Assembly: GCA_964016885.1 (NCBI GenBank)
Contig: OZ024747.1
Span: 32,612,001-32,676,000, forward strand
DNA length: 64,000 nt
From: Eledone cirrhosa
Lineage: Eukaryota
Direction of reading: 5' to 3'
Each line of letters begins with the position of its first letter. The first letter of the stretch is position 1. The notes under the pieces are model-generated. The model ran no database searches and was not told the origin of the DNA. It saw only the letters and a list, made by a program, of their open reading frames with translations. This document shows, one piece after another, positions 16,977 through 35,200 of this stretch. A program made the translations under genes and the position numbers.

Positions 16977-19900
16977 CATTACTACATTATCATCATTATC
17001 ATCACTACCAACATTACCATCATGACCAACATTATCATCATTAACATCATTATCATAATTATCATCGTTACCAAGATTATCATCATTACCATAATTACTA
17101 TCATTACCAACATTATCATCATTATCATCATTACCAACATTATCATCATAACCAACATTATCATAATTACCAACGTTGTCATCATTACCATCATTACCAT
17201 CATTACCACATTATCATCATTACCAACATTACCATCATTACCATCATTACCATCATTGCCAACATTTTCACCATTACCAACATTATCATCATTACAGTCA
17301 TTATCATCATTACCAACATTATCATCATAACCAACATTACCATCATTACCAACATTATCATCATTACCATCATTACCAACATTATCATCATTATCAACAT
17401 AACCATCATTATCAACATTATCATCATTACCAACATTACTAACATTACCATCATTACCATCATGACCAATATTACCATCATTACCAACAATATCATCATC
17501 ACCAACATTATCGTCATTATTAACATTACCTACAGTATCATTATCACCAACATTACCAATATTATCATCATTACTAACATTACCAACATTACCATCAATA
17601 CCATCATTACCAACATTACCAACATTACGATCATTACCAACATTACCAACATTACCATCATTATCATCATTACCAACAGTGCCAACATTATCATCATGAC
17701 GAAAATTACCAACATTATCATCGTTACCATCATTGCCAACATTATCATCATTACCAACATTATCATTATTACCAACATTGCCAACATTATCATCGTTAAC
17801 AACATTACCAACATTATCATCATTACCAACATTACCAATATTATTATCATTACCAACATTATCATCATTACCAATATTACCAACATTACCAACATTACCA
17901 ACATTACCAACATTATCATCATTACCTACATTATCATCATTACCATCATTACCAACATTACCAACATTACCAACATTACCATCATTACCAACATTACCAT
18001 CATTACCAACATTACTATCAATACCATCATTATCATCATTACCTACATTATCATCATTACCATCATTACCAACATTACCAACATCATCATCATTACCAAC
18101 ATTACCAACATTACCATCATTACCATCTATATCATGATTACCAACATCACCATCATTACCAACATTACCAACATTACCAACCTTACAAACATTATCATCA
18201 TTACCAATATTACCATCATTATCATCATTACCAACATTATCATCATTACCAACATTATGATCATTACCATCATTATCATCGTTACCATCATTACCATCAT
18301 TATCATCATTACCAACATTACCAACATTACCAACATTATCAACATTAACAACATTATCAACATTAACAACATTATCATCAATACTATCATTACCAATATT
18401 ACCAACATTATCATTATTACCAACACTATTAACATTATCATCATTACCATCGTATCATCATTACCAACATTACCACATTATCAACATTAAGAAGATTACC
18501 ATCATTACCAACATTACCATCATTACCAATATTACCATCATTATCATCATTATCATCATTACCAACATTATCATCATTACCAAAACTATCATCATTACCA
18601 TCATTACCATCATTATCATCATTACCATCATTACCAACATTAACATTATCAACATTAACAAAATTATCATCATTACCATCATTACCAACATTACCAACAT
18701 TATCATTATTACCAAAATTACCATCTTTACCAACATTATCATCATTATCATCATTACCAACATCATCATCATTACCGACATTATCATCATTACCATCATT
18801 ACCATCATTATCATCATTACCATCATTACCAACATTAACACTATCAACATTAACAACATTATCATCATTGCCATCATTACCAACATTACCAACATTATCA
18901 TCATTACCAAAATTACCATCATTACAAACATTACCATCATTACCAACATTACCATCATTACCAACATTACCAACATTACCAACATTATCATCATTACCAA
19001 TATTACAAACATTACAAACATTACCATCATTACCATCATTACCATAATACCAACATTACCATCATTAACATAATTACCAACATTATCATTATTACCAATA
19101 TTACCATCATTACCAACATTATCATCATTACCATCAATATCATCATTACCAACATCACCATCATTACAAACATTACCAAGATTACCAACATTATCATCAA
19201 TATCATCATTATCATCGTTACCAACATTATCATCATAACCAACATTATCATCATTACCAATATTACCATCATTATCATCATTATCATCATTACCAACATT
19301 ATCATTATTAACAATAGTATCATCATTACCAATATTATCATCATTACCATCATTATCATCGTTACAATCATTACCATCATTATCATCATTACCAACATTA
19401 CCAACATTATCATCATTACCATCATTACCAACATTACCAACATTATCATCATTACCAAAATTACCACCATTACCAACATTATCATCATTACCATCATTAC
19501 CAACATTACCAACATTACCAACATTACCAACATTATCATCATTACCAATATTACCATCATTACCAACATTATCATCATTACCATCATTACCAACATTACC
19601 AACATTACGATCATTACCAACATTACCATCATTATCATCATTACCAACAGTGCCAACATTATCATCATGACCAAAATTACCAACATTATCATCGTTACCA
19701 TCATTGCCATCATTATCATCATTACCAACATTATCATCATTACCAACATTGCCAACATTATCATCGTTAACAACATTACCAACATTATCATCATTATCAA
19801 CATTACCAATATTATTATCATTACCAACATTACCAACATTATAATCATTACCATCATTATCAACACTACCAACATTATCATCGTTACCATCATTATCATC

Positions 19901-22900
19901 ATTACCAACATTATCAACATTACCACCATTACAAACATTATCATCATTACCATCATTACCAACATTACCAACATTACCAACATTACCAACATTATCATCA
20001 TTACCATCATTAACAATATTATCATTATTACCAATATTACCAATATTACCATCATTATCATCATTATCATCATTACCAACATTATCATTATTACCAATAT
20101 TACCATCATTACCAACATTATCATCATTACCAATATTACCAAGATTACCATCATTATCATTATTACCAACATTACCAACATTACCAACATTACCAACAGT
20201 ATCATCATTACCAATATTACCATCATTACCAACATTACCAACATTACCAATATTACCATCATTACCAACATTATCATCATTACTAACATTACCATCATTA
20301 CCATCATTACCAACATTACCAACATTATCATCATTACCAACATAATCATCATTACCAACATTACCTACATTATCATCATTACCCTCATTACCAACATTAT
20401 CATCATTACCAACATTACCATCATTACCAACATTATCATCATTACCAATATTACCATCATTATCATCATTACCAACATTATCATTATTACCAATATTACC
20501 ATCATTACCAACATTATCATCATTACCAATATTACCAACATTACCATCATTATCATCATTACCATCATTACCAACATTACCATCATTACCAACATTATCA
20601 TCATTACCAACATTATCATCATTACCATCATTACCAACATTATCATCATTACCAACATTACTAACATTACCATCATTACCATCATTACCAACATTACTAT
20701 CATTACCAACGTTACCAACATTACCATCATTACCAACATTACAAACATCACCATCATTACTAACATTACCAAGATTACCAACATTATCATCAATATCATC
20801 ATTATCATCATTACCAACATTATCATCATAACCAACATTATCATCATTACCAACATTATCATCATTACCATCATTACCAACATTATCATCATTATCAACA
20901 TTACCATCATTATCAACATTATCATCATTACCAACATTACCAACATTACCATCATTACCATCATTACCAACATTATAATCATCACCAACATTACCAACAT
21001 TATCGTCATTATTAACATTACCTACAGTATCATTATCACCAACATTACCAACATTACCATCATTACCATCATTACCAACATTACCAACATTATCATCATT
21101 ACCAATATTACTATCATTACCAACATTACCAACATTATCATCATTACCAACATAATCATCATTACCAACATTACCTACATTATCATCATTACCATCATTA
21201 CCAACATTACCAACATTACCATCATTACCATCATTACCAACATTACCATCATTACCAACATTACCAACATTACCAACATCATCATCATTACCATCATTAC
21301 CAACATTACCAACATCATCATCATTACCAACATTACCAACATTACCAACATTACCATCATTACCAACATTACCATCATTATCATCATTACCAATATTATC
21401 ATTATTACCAATATTACCATCATTACCAACATTATCATCATTACCAATATTACCATCATTATCATCATTAGCAACATTACCAACATTATCAACATTAACA
21501 ACATTATCATCATTACCATCATTACTACATTATCATCATTATCATCACTACCAACATTACCATCATGACCAACATTATCATCATTAACATCATTATCATA
21601 ATTATCATCGTTACCAAGATTATCATCATTACCATAATTACTATCATTACCAACATTATCATCATTATCATCATTACCAACATTATCATCATAACCAACA
21701 TTATCATAATTACCAACGTTGTCATCATTACCATCATTACCATCATTACCACATTATCATCATTACCAACATTACCATCATTACCATCATTACCATCATT
21801 GCCAACATTTTCACCATTACCAACATTATCATCATTACAGTCATTATCATCATTACCAACATTATCATCATAACCAACATTACCATCATTACCAACATTA
21901 TCATCATTACCATCATTACCAACATTATCATCATTATCAACATAACCATCATTATCAACATTATCATCATTACCAACATTACTAACATTACCATCATTAC
22001 CATCATGACCAATATTACCATCATTACCAACAATATCATCATCACCAACATTATCGTCATTATTAACATTACCTACAGTATCATTATCACCAACATTACC
22101 AATATTATCATCATTACTAACATTACCAACATTACCATCAATACCATCATTACCAACATTACCAACATTACGATCATTACCAACATTACCAACATTACCA
22201 TCATTATCATCATTACCAACAGTGCCAACATTATCATCATGACGAAAATTACCAACATTATCATCGTTACCATCATTGCCAACATTATCATCATTACCAA
22301 CATTATCATTATTACCAACATTGCCAACATTATCATCGTTAACAACATTACCAACATTATCATCATTACCAACATTACCAATATTATTATCATTACCAAC
22401 ATTATCATCATTACCAATATTACCAACATTACCAACATTACCAACATTACCAACATTATCATCATTACCTACATTATCATCATTACCATCATTACCAACA
22501 TTACCAACATTACCAACATTACCATCATTACCAACATTACCATCATTACCAACATTACTATCAATACCATCATTATCATCATTACCTACATTATCATCAT
22601 TACCATCATTACCAACATTACCAACATCATCATCATTACCAACATTACCAACATTACCATCATTACCATCTATATCATGATTACCAACATCACCATCATT
22701 ACCAACATTACCAACATTACCAACCTTACAAACATTATCATCATTACCAACATTACCAACATTACCAACATTACCAACATTATCATCATTACCAATATTA
22801 CCATCATTACCAACATTATCATCATTACCATCATTACCAACATTACCAACATTACGATCATTACCAACATTACCATCATTATCATCATTACCAACAGTGC

Positions 22901-25900
22901 CAACATTATCATCATGACCAAAATTACCAACATTATCATCGTTACCATCATTGCCATCATTATCATCATTACCAACATTATCATCATTACCAACATTGCC
23001 AACATTATCATCGTTAACAACATTACCAACATTATCATCATTATCAACATTACCAATATTATTATCATTACCAACATTACCAACATTATAATCATTACCA
23101 TCATTATCAACACTACCAACATTATCATCGTTACCATCATTATCATCATTACCAACATTATCAACATTACCACCATTACAAACATTATCATCATTACCAT
23201 CATTACCAACATTACCAACATTACCAACATTACCAACATTATCATCATTACCATCATTAACAATATTATCATTATTACCAATATTACCAATATTACCATC
23301 ATTATCATCATTATCATCATTACCAACATTATCATTATTACCAATATTACCATCATTACCAACATTATCATCATTACCAATATTACCAAGATTACCATCA
23401 TTATCATTATTACCAACATTACCAACATTACCAACATTACCAACAGTATCATCATTACCAATATTACCATCATTACCAACATTACCAACATTACCAATAT
23501 TACCATCATTACCAACATTATCATCATTACTAACATTACCATCATTACCATCATTACCAACATTACCAACATTATCATCATTACCAACATAATCATCATT
23601 ACCAACATTACCTACATTATCATCATTACCCTCATTACCAACATTATCATCATTACCAACATTACCATCATTACCAACATTATCATCATTACCAATATTA
23701 CCATCATTATCATCATTACCAACATTATCATTATTACCAATATTACCATCATTACCAACATTATCATCATTACCAATATTACCAACATTACCATCATTAC
23801 CAACATTATCATCATTACCAACATTATCATCATTACCATCATTACCAACATTATCATCATTACCAACATTACTAACATTACCATCATTACCATCATTACC
23901 AACATTACTATCATTACCAACGTTACCAACATTACCATCATTACCAACATTACAAACATCACCATCATTACTAACATTACCAAGATTACCAACATTATCA
24001 TCAATATCATCATTATCATCATTACCAACATTATCATCATAACCAACATTATCATCATTACCAACATTATCATCATTACCATCATTACCAACATTATCAT
24101 CATTATCAACATTACCATCATTATCAACATTATCATCATTACCAACATTACCAACATTACCATCATTACCATCATTACCAACATTATAATCATCACCAAC
24201 ATTACCAACATTATCGTCATTATTAACATTACCTACAGTATCATTATCACCAACATTACCAACATTACCATCATTACCATCATTACCAACATTACCAACA
24301 TTATCATCATTACCAATATTACTATCATTACCAACATTACCAACATTATCATCATTACCAACATAATCATCATTACCAACATTACCTACATTATCATCAT
24401 TACCATCATTACCAACATTACCAACATTACCATCATTACCATCATTACCAACATTACCATCATTACCAACATTACCAACATTACCAACATCATCATCATT
24501 ACCATCATTACCAACATTACCAACATCATCATCATTACCAACATTACCAACATTACCAACATTACCATCATTACCAACATTACCATCATTATCATCATTA
24601 CCAATATTATCATTATTACCAATATTACCATCATTACCAACATTATCATCATTACCAATATTACCATCATTATCATCATTAGCAACATTACCAACATTAT
24701 CAACATTAACAACATTATCATCATTACCATCATTACTACATTATCATCATTATCATCACTACCAACATTACCATCATGACCAACATTATCATCATTAACA
24801 TCATTATCATAATTATCATCGTTACCAAGATTATCATCATTACCATAATTACTATCATTACCAACATTATCATCATTATCATCATTACCAACATTATCAT
24901 CATAACCAACATTATCATAATTACCAACGTTGTCATCATTACCATCATTACCATCATTACCACATTATCATCATTACCAACATTACCATCATTACCATCA
25001 TTACCATCATTGCCAACATTTTCACCATTACCAACATTATCATCATTACAGTCATTATCATCATTACCAACATTATCATCATAACCAACATTACCATCAT
25101 TACCAACATTATCATCATTACCATCATTACCAACATTATCATCATTATCAACATAACCATCATTATCAACATTATCATCATTACCAACATTACTAACATT
25201 ACCATCATTACCATCATGACCAATATTACCATCATTACCAACAATATCATCATCACCAACATTATCGTCATTATTAACATTACCTACAGTATCATTATCA
25301 CCAACATTACCAATATTATCATCATTACTAACATTACCAACATTACCATCAATACCATCATTACCAACATTACCAACATTACGATCATTACCAACATTAC
25401 CAACATTACCATCATTATCATCATTACCAACAGTGCCAACATTATCATCATGACGAAAATTACCAACATTATCATCGTTACCATCATTGCCAACATTATC
25501 ATCATTACCAACATTATCATTATTACCAACATTGCCAACATTATCATCGTTAACAACATTACCAACATTATCATCATTACCAACATTACCAATATTATTA
25601 TCATTACCAACATTATCATCATTACCAATATTACCAACATTACCAACATTACCAACATTACCAACATTATCATCATTACCTACATTATCATCATTACCAT
25701 CATTACCAACATTACCAACATTACCAACATTACCATCATTACCAACATTACCATCATTACCAACATTACTATCAATACCATCATTATCATCATTACCTAC
25801 ATTATCATCATTACCATCATTACCAACATTACCAACATCATCATCATTACCAACATTACCAACATTACCATCATTACCATCTATATCATGATTACCAACA

Positions 25901-28900
25901 TCACCATCATTACCAACATTACCAACATTACCAACCTTACAAACATTATCATCATTACCAATATTACCATCATTATCATCATTACCAACATTATCATCAT
26001 TACCAACATTATGATCATTACCATCATTATCATCGTTACCATCATTACCATCATTATCATCATTACCAACATTACCAACATTACCAACATTATCAACATT
26101 AACAACATTATCAACATTAACAACATTATCATCAATACTATCATTACCAATATTACCAACATTATCATTATTACCAACACTATTAACATTATCATCATTA
26201 CCATCGTATCATCATTACCAACATTACCACATTATCAACATTAAGAAGATTACCATCATTACCAACATTACCATCATTACCAATATTACCATCATTATCA
26301 TCATTATCATCATTACCAACATTATCATCATTACCAAAACTATCATCATTACCATCATTACCATCATTATCATCATTACCATCATTACCAACATTAACAT
26401 TATCAACATTAACAAAATTATCATCATTACCATCATTACCAACATTACCAACATTATCATTATTACCAAAATTACCATCTTTACCAACATTATCATCATT
26501 ATCATCATTACCAACATCATCATCATTACCGACATTATCATCATTACCATCATTACCATCATTATCATCATTACCATCATTACCAACATTAACACTATCA
26601 ACATTAACAACATTATCATCATTGCCATCATTACCAACATTACCAACATTATCATCATTACCAAAATTACCATCATTACAAACATTACCATCATTACCAA
26701 CATTACCATCATTACCAACATTACCAACATTACCAACATTATCATCATTACCAATATTACCAACATTACAAACATTACCATCATTACCATCATTACCATA
26801 ATACCAACATTACCATCATTATCATAATTACCAACATTATCATTATTACCAATATTACCATCATTACCAACATTATCATCATTACCATCAATATCATCAT
26901 TACCAACATCACCATCATTACAAACATTACCAAGATTACCAACATTATCATCAATATCATCATTATCATCGTTACCAACATTATCATCATAACCAACATT
27001 ATCATCATTACCAATATTACCATCATTATCATCATTATCATCATTACCAACATTATCATTATTAACAATAGTATCATCATTACCAATATTATCATCATTA
27101 CCATCATTATCATCGTTACAATCATTACCATCATTATCATCATTACCAACATTACCAACATTATCATCATTACCATCATTACCAACATTACCAACATTAT
27201 CATCATTACCAAAATTACCACCATTACCAACATTATCATCATTACCATCATTACCAACATTACCAACATTACCAACATTACCAACATTATCATCATTACC
27301 AATATTACCATCATTACCAACATTATCATCATTACCATCATTACCAACATTACCAACATTACGATCATTACCAACATTACCATCATTATCATCATTACCA
27401 ACAGTGCCAACATTATCATCATGACCAAAATTACCAACATTATCATCGTTACCATCATTGCCATCATTATCATCATTACCAACATTATCATCATTACCAA
27501 CATTGCCAACATTATCATCGTTAACAACATTACCAACATTATCATCATTATCAACATTACCAATATTATTATCATTACCAACATTACCAACATTATAATC
27601 ATTACCATCATTATCAACACTACCAACATTATCATCGTTACCATCATTATCATCATTACCAACATTATCAACATTACCACCATTACAAACATTATCATCA
27701 TTACCATCATTACCAACATTACCAACATTACCAACATTACCAACATTATCATCATTACCATCATTAACAATATTATCATTATTACCAATATTACCAATAT
27801 TACCATCATTATCATCATTATCATCATTACCAACATTATCATTATTACCAATATTACCATCATTACCAACATTATCATCATTACCAATATTACCAAGATT
27901 ACCATCATTATCATCATTACCAACATTACCAACATTACCAACATTACCAACAGTATCATCATTACCAATATTACCATCATTACCAACATTACCAACATTA
28001 CCAATATTACCATCATTACCAACATTATCATCATTACTAACATTACCATCATTACCATCATTACCAACATTACCAACATTATCATCATTACCAACATAAT
28101 CATCATTACCAACATTACCTACATTATCATCATTACCCTCATTACCAACATTATCATCATTACCAACATTACCATCATTACCAACATTATCATCATTACC
28201 AATATTACCATCATTATCATCATTACCAACATTATCATTATTACCAATATTACCATCATTACCAACATTATCATCATTACCAATATTACCAACATTACCA
28301 TCATTATCATCATTACCATCATTACCAACATTACCATCATTACCAACATTATCATCATTACCAACATTATCATCATTACCATCATTACCAACATTATCAT
28401 CATTACCAACATTACTAACATTACCATCATTACCATCATTACCAACATTACTATCATTACCAACGTTACCAACATTACCATCATTACCAACATTACAAAC
28501 ATCACCATCATTACTAACATTACCAAGATTACCAACATTATCATCAATATCATCATTATCATCATTACCAACATTATCATCATAACCAACATTATCATCA
28601 TTACCAACATTATCATCATTACCATCATTACCAACATTATCATCATTATCAACATTACCATCATTATCAACATTATCATCATTACCAACATTACCAACAT
28701 TACCATCATTACCATCATTACCAACATTATAATCATCACCAACATTACCAACATTATCGTCATTATTAACATTACCTACAGTATCATTATCACCAACATT
28801 ACCAACATTACCATCATTACCATCATTACCAACATTACCAACATTATCATCATTACCAATATTACTATCATTACCAACATTACCAACATTATCATCATTA

Positions 28901-29280
28901 CCAACATAATCATCATTACCAACATTACCTACATTATCATCATTACCATCATTACCAACATTACCAACATTACCATCATTACCATCATTACCAACATTAC
29001 CATCATTACCAACATTACCAACATTACCAACATCATCATCATTACCATCATTACCAACATTACCAACATCATCATCATTACCAACATTACCAACATTACC
29101 AACATTACCATCATTACCAACATTACCATCATTATCATCATTACCAATATTATCATTATTACCAATATTACCATCATTACCAACATTATCATCATTACCA
29201 ATATTACCATCATTATCATCATTAGCAACATTACCAACATTATCAACATTAACAACATTATCATCATTACCATCATTGCT
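16977..29280. repeat. Three tandem higher-order units: 4543 bp (16977-21519), 3211 bp internally deleted (21520-24730), 4543 bp (24731-29273)
   Basis: Identical ORFs at 16982, 21525 and 24736 (offsets 4543, 3211), with a related copy at 29279 (offset 4543). ORFs 17462/25216, 18470/26224, 19039/26793 and 19667/27421 all sit at offset 7754. Private variant catgacgaa at 17695, 22238 and 25449. Confidence 0.95.
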
Positions 29281-32200
29281 ACATTATCATCATTATCATC
29301 ACTACCAACATTACCATCATGACCAACATTATCATCATTAACATCATTATCTTAATTATCATCGTTACCAACATTATCATCATTACCATAATTACTATCA
29401 TTACCAACATTATCATAATTATCATCATTACCAACATTATCATCATAACCAACATTATCATAATTACCAACGTTGTCATCATTACCATCATTACCATCAT
29501 TACCACATTATCATCATTACCAACATTACCAGCATTACCATCATTACCATCATTGCCAACATTTTCACCATTACCAACATTATCATCATTACAGTCATTA
29601 TCATCATTACCAACATTATCATCATAACCAACATTACCATCATTACCAACATTATCATCATTACCATCATTACCAACATTATCATCATTATCAACATTAC
29701 CATCATTATCAACATTATCATCATTACCAACATTACTAACATTACCATCATTACCATCATGACCAATATTACCATCATTACCAACATTATCGTCATTATT
29801 AACATTACCTACAGTATCATTATCACCAACATTACCAACATTATCATCATTACTAACATTACCAACATTACCATCAATACCATCATTACCAACATTACCA
29901 ACATTACGATCATTACCAACATTACCAACATTACCATCATTATCATCATTACCAACAGTGCCAACATTATCATCATGACCAAAATTACCAACATTACCAT
30001 CGTTACCATCATTGCCAACATTATCATCATTACCAACATTATCACCATTACCAACATTGCCAACATTATCATCGTTAACAACATTACCAACATTATCATC
30101 ATACCGTAATTACCATCATTACCAACATTACCAATATTATTATCATTACCAACATTATCATCATTACCAATATTACCAACATTACCAACATTACCAACAT
30201 TACCAACATTATCATCATTACCTACATTATCATCATTACCATCATTACCAACATTACCAACATTACCATCATTACCAACATTACCATCATTACCAACATT
30301 ACTATCAATACCATCATTCTCATCATTACCAACATCATCATCATTACCAACATTACCAACATTACCATCATTACCAACATTACCAACATTATCATCATTA
30401 CCAACACTATCATTATTACCAATATTACCATCATTATCAACATTATCATCATTACCATCAATATCATGATTACCAACATCACCATCATTACCAACATTAC
30501 CAACATTACCAACCTTACAAACATTATCATCATTACCAATATTACCATCATTATCATCATTACCAACATTATCATCATTACCAACATTATGATCATTACC
30601 ATCATTATCATCGTTACCATCATTACCATCATTATCATCATTACCAACATTACCAACATTACCAACATTATCAACATTAACAACATTATCAACATTAACA
30701 ACATTATCATCATTACCATCATTATCACCATTATCAACATTATCATCATTACCAACATTACCAACATTACCATCATTACCAACATTACCAACATTATCAT
30801 CATTACCAACATTATCATCATTACCATCATTACCAACATTGTCATCATTACCATCATTACCAACATTACCAACATTACCATCATTACCATCATTACCAAC
30901 ATTATCATCATTACCATCATTACCAACATTATCATCATTACCATCATTACCAACATTACCAACATTACCATCATTACCAACATTACTATCATTACCAACA
31001 TTACCAACATTACCATCATTACCAACATTACAAACATTATCATCATTACCATCATTACCAACATTACCATCATTATCATCATTACCAACATTACTATCAT
31101 TACCAACATTACCAACATTACCATCATTAACAACATTTCAAACATTATCATCATTACCAACATTACCATAATTATCATCATTACCAACATTATCATTATT
31201 ACCAATATTACCATCATTACCAACATTATCATCATTACCATCAATATCATCATTACCAACATCACCATCATTACTAACATTACCAAGATTACCAACATTA
31301 TCATCAATATCATCATTATCATCATTACCAACATTATCATCATTACCAACATTATCATCATAACCAACATTATCATCATAACCAACATTATCATCATTAC
31401 CAACATTACCATCATTATCATCATTACCAACATTATCATCATTACCATCATTACTACATTATCATCATTATCATCACTACCAACATTACCATCATGACCA
31501 ACATTATCATCATTATCATCGTTACAATCATTACCATCATTACCATCATTACCAACATTACTATCATTACCAACATTACCAACATTACCATCATTACCAA
31601 CATTATCATCATTATCAACATTACCAACATTATCATCATTACCAATATTACCATCATTACCAACATTATCATCATCAGCATCATTACCAACATTACCAAT
31701 ATTACCATCATTACCAACATTACCAACATTACCAACATTACCAACAATATCATCATTACGAACATTATCATCATTACCATCATTACCAACATTATCATCA
31801 TTACCATCATTACCAACATTACCAACATTACCATCATTACCATCATTACCAACATTACTATCATTACCAACATTACCAACATTACCATCATTACCAACAT
31901 TACAAACATTATCATCATTACCATCATTACCAACATTACCATCATTATCATCATTACCAATATTACCATCATTACCAACATTATCATCATTACCATCAAT
32001 ATCATCATTACCAACATCACCATCATTACCAACATTATCATCATTACCAACATTACCATCATTATCAATATCAACATTATCATCATTACCAACATTAGCA
32101 TCATTACCAACATTATCATCATTACCATCATTACCAACATTATCATCATTATCAACATTACCATCATTATCAACATTATCATCATTACCAACATTACCAA

Positions 32201-35200
32201 CATTACCATCATTACCATCATGATCAACATTACCATCATTACCAACATTATTATCATCACCAACATTACCAACATTATTGTCATTATTAACATGACCTAC
32301 AGTATCATTATCACCAACATTACCAACATTATCATCATTACTAACATTACCAACATTACCATCATTACTATCATTACCAACATTACCAACATTACGATCA
32401 TTACCAACATTACCAACATTATCATTATTACCATCATTAACAACATTATCATTATTACCATCATTATCATCATTACCAACATCATCATCATGACCAACAT
32501 TACCAAAATTATCATCGTTACCATCATTACCATCATTATCATCATTACCAACATTATCATCATTACTAACATTGCCAACATTATCATCATTAACAACATT
32601 ACCAACATAATCATCATTACCAACATTACCAACATTACCATCATTACCAACATTACTAACATTATCATCATTACCAACATTACCAACACTATCATTATTA
32701 CCAACATTATCTCATTACCATCATTATCATCATTACCAACATTATCATTATTACCATCATTATCATCATTACCAACATTATCAAAATTATCATCATTACC
32801 ATCATTATCATCATTACCAACATTATCAACATTATCATCATTAGCAACATTACCAATATTATTATCATTACCAACATTACCAACATTATAATCATTACCA
32901 TCATTATCAACATTACCAACATTATCATCGTTACCATCATTATCATCATTACCAACATTATCAACATTACCACCATTACCAAGATTACCATCATTACCAA
33001 CATTACCAACATTATCAACATTACCAACATTACCAACATTATCATCATTACCAAGATCATCATCATTACCATCATTACCAACATTATCATCATTACCATC
33101 ATTACCAACATTACCAACATTACCAACATTACCAACATTACCAACATTACCAACATTATCATCATTACCAACATTATCATCATTACCATCATTACCAACA
33201 TTATCATCATTACCATCATTACCAACATTACTAACATTACCATCATTACCATCATTACCAACATTACTATCATTACCAACATTACCAACATTACCATCAT
33301 TACCAACATTACAAACATCACCATCATTACTAACATTACCAAGATTACCAACATTATCATCAATATCATCATTATCATCATTACCAACATTATCATCATA
33401 ACCAACATTATCATCATTACCAACATTATCATCATTACCATCATTACCAACATTATCATCATTATCAACATTACCATCATTATCAACATTATCATCATTA
33501 CCAACATTACCAACATTACCATCATTACCAACATTATAATCATCACCAACATTACCAACATTATCGTCATTATTAACATTACCTACAGCATCATTATCAC
33601 CAACATTACCAACATTACCATCATTACCATCATTACCAACATTACCAACATTATCATCATTACCAATATTACTATCATTACCAACATTACCAACATTATC
33701 ATCATTACCAACATAATCATCATTACCAACATTACCTACATTATCATCATTACCATCATTACCAACATTACCAACATTACCAACATTACCATCATTACCA
33801 GCATTACCATCATTACCAACATTACCAACATTACCATCATTACCAACATTACCAACATTATCATCATTACCAACACTATCGTTATTACCAATATTACCAT
33901 CATTATCAACATTATCATCATTACCATCAATATCATGATTACCAACATCACCATCATTACCAACATTACCAACATTACCAACCTTACAAACATTATCATC
34001 ATTACCAATATTACCATCATTATCATCATTACCAACATTATCATCATTACCAACATTATGATCATTACCATCATTATCATCGTTACCATCATTACCATCA
34101 TTATCATCATTACCAACATTACCAACATTACCAACATTATCAACATTAACAACATTATCAACATTAACAACATTATCATCAATACTATCATTACCAATAT
34201 TACCAACATTATCATTATTACCAACACTATTAACCTTATCATCATTACCATCGTATCATCATTACCAACATTACCACATTATCAACATTACGAAGATTAC
34301 CATCATTACCAACATTACCATCATTACCAATATTACCATCATTATCATCATTATCACCATTACCAACATTATCATCATTACCAAAATTATCATCATTACC
34401 ATCATTACCATCATTATCATCATTACCATCATTACCAACATTAACATTATCAACATTAACAAAATTATCTTCATTACCATCATTACCAACATTACCAACA
34501 TTATCATTATTACCAAAATTACCATCTTTACCAACATTATCATCATTATCATCATTACCAACATTATCATCATTACCGACATTATCATCATTACCATCAT
34601 TACCATCATTATCATCATTACCATCATTACCAACATTAACATTATCAACATTAACAACATTATCATCATTACCATCATTACCAACATTACCAACATTATC
34701 ATCATTACCAACATAATCATCATTACCAACATTACCATCATTACCAACATTATCATCATTACCAATATTACCATCATTATCATCATTACCAACATTATCA
34801 TTATTACCAATATTACCATCATTACCAACATTATCATCATTACCAATATTACCAACATTACCATCATTATCATCATTACCATCATTACCAACATTACCAT
34901 CATTACCAACATTATCATCATTACCAACATTATCATCATTACCATCATTACCAACATTATCATCATTACCATCATTACCAACATTACTAACATTACCATC
35001 ATTACCATCATTACCAACATTACTATCATTACCAACATTACCAACATTACCATCATTACCAACATTACAAACATCACCATCATTACTAACATTACCAAGA
35101 TTACCAACATTATCATCAATATCATCATTATCATCATTACCAACATTATCATCATAACCAACATTATCATCATTACCAACATTATCATCATTACCATCAT

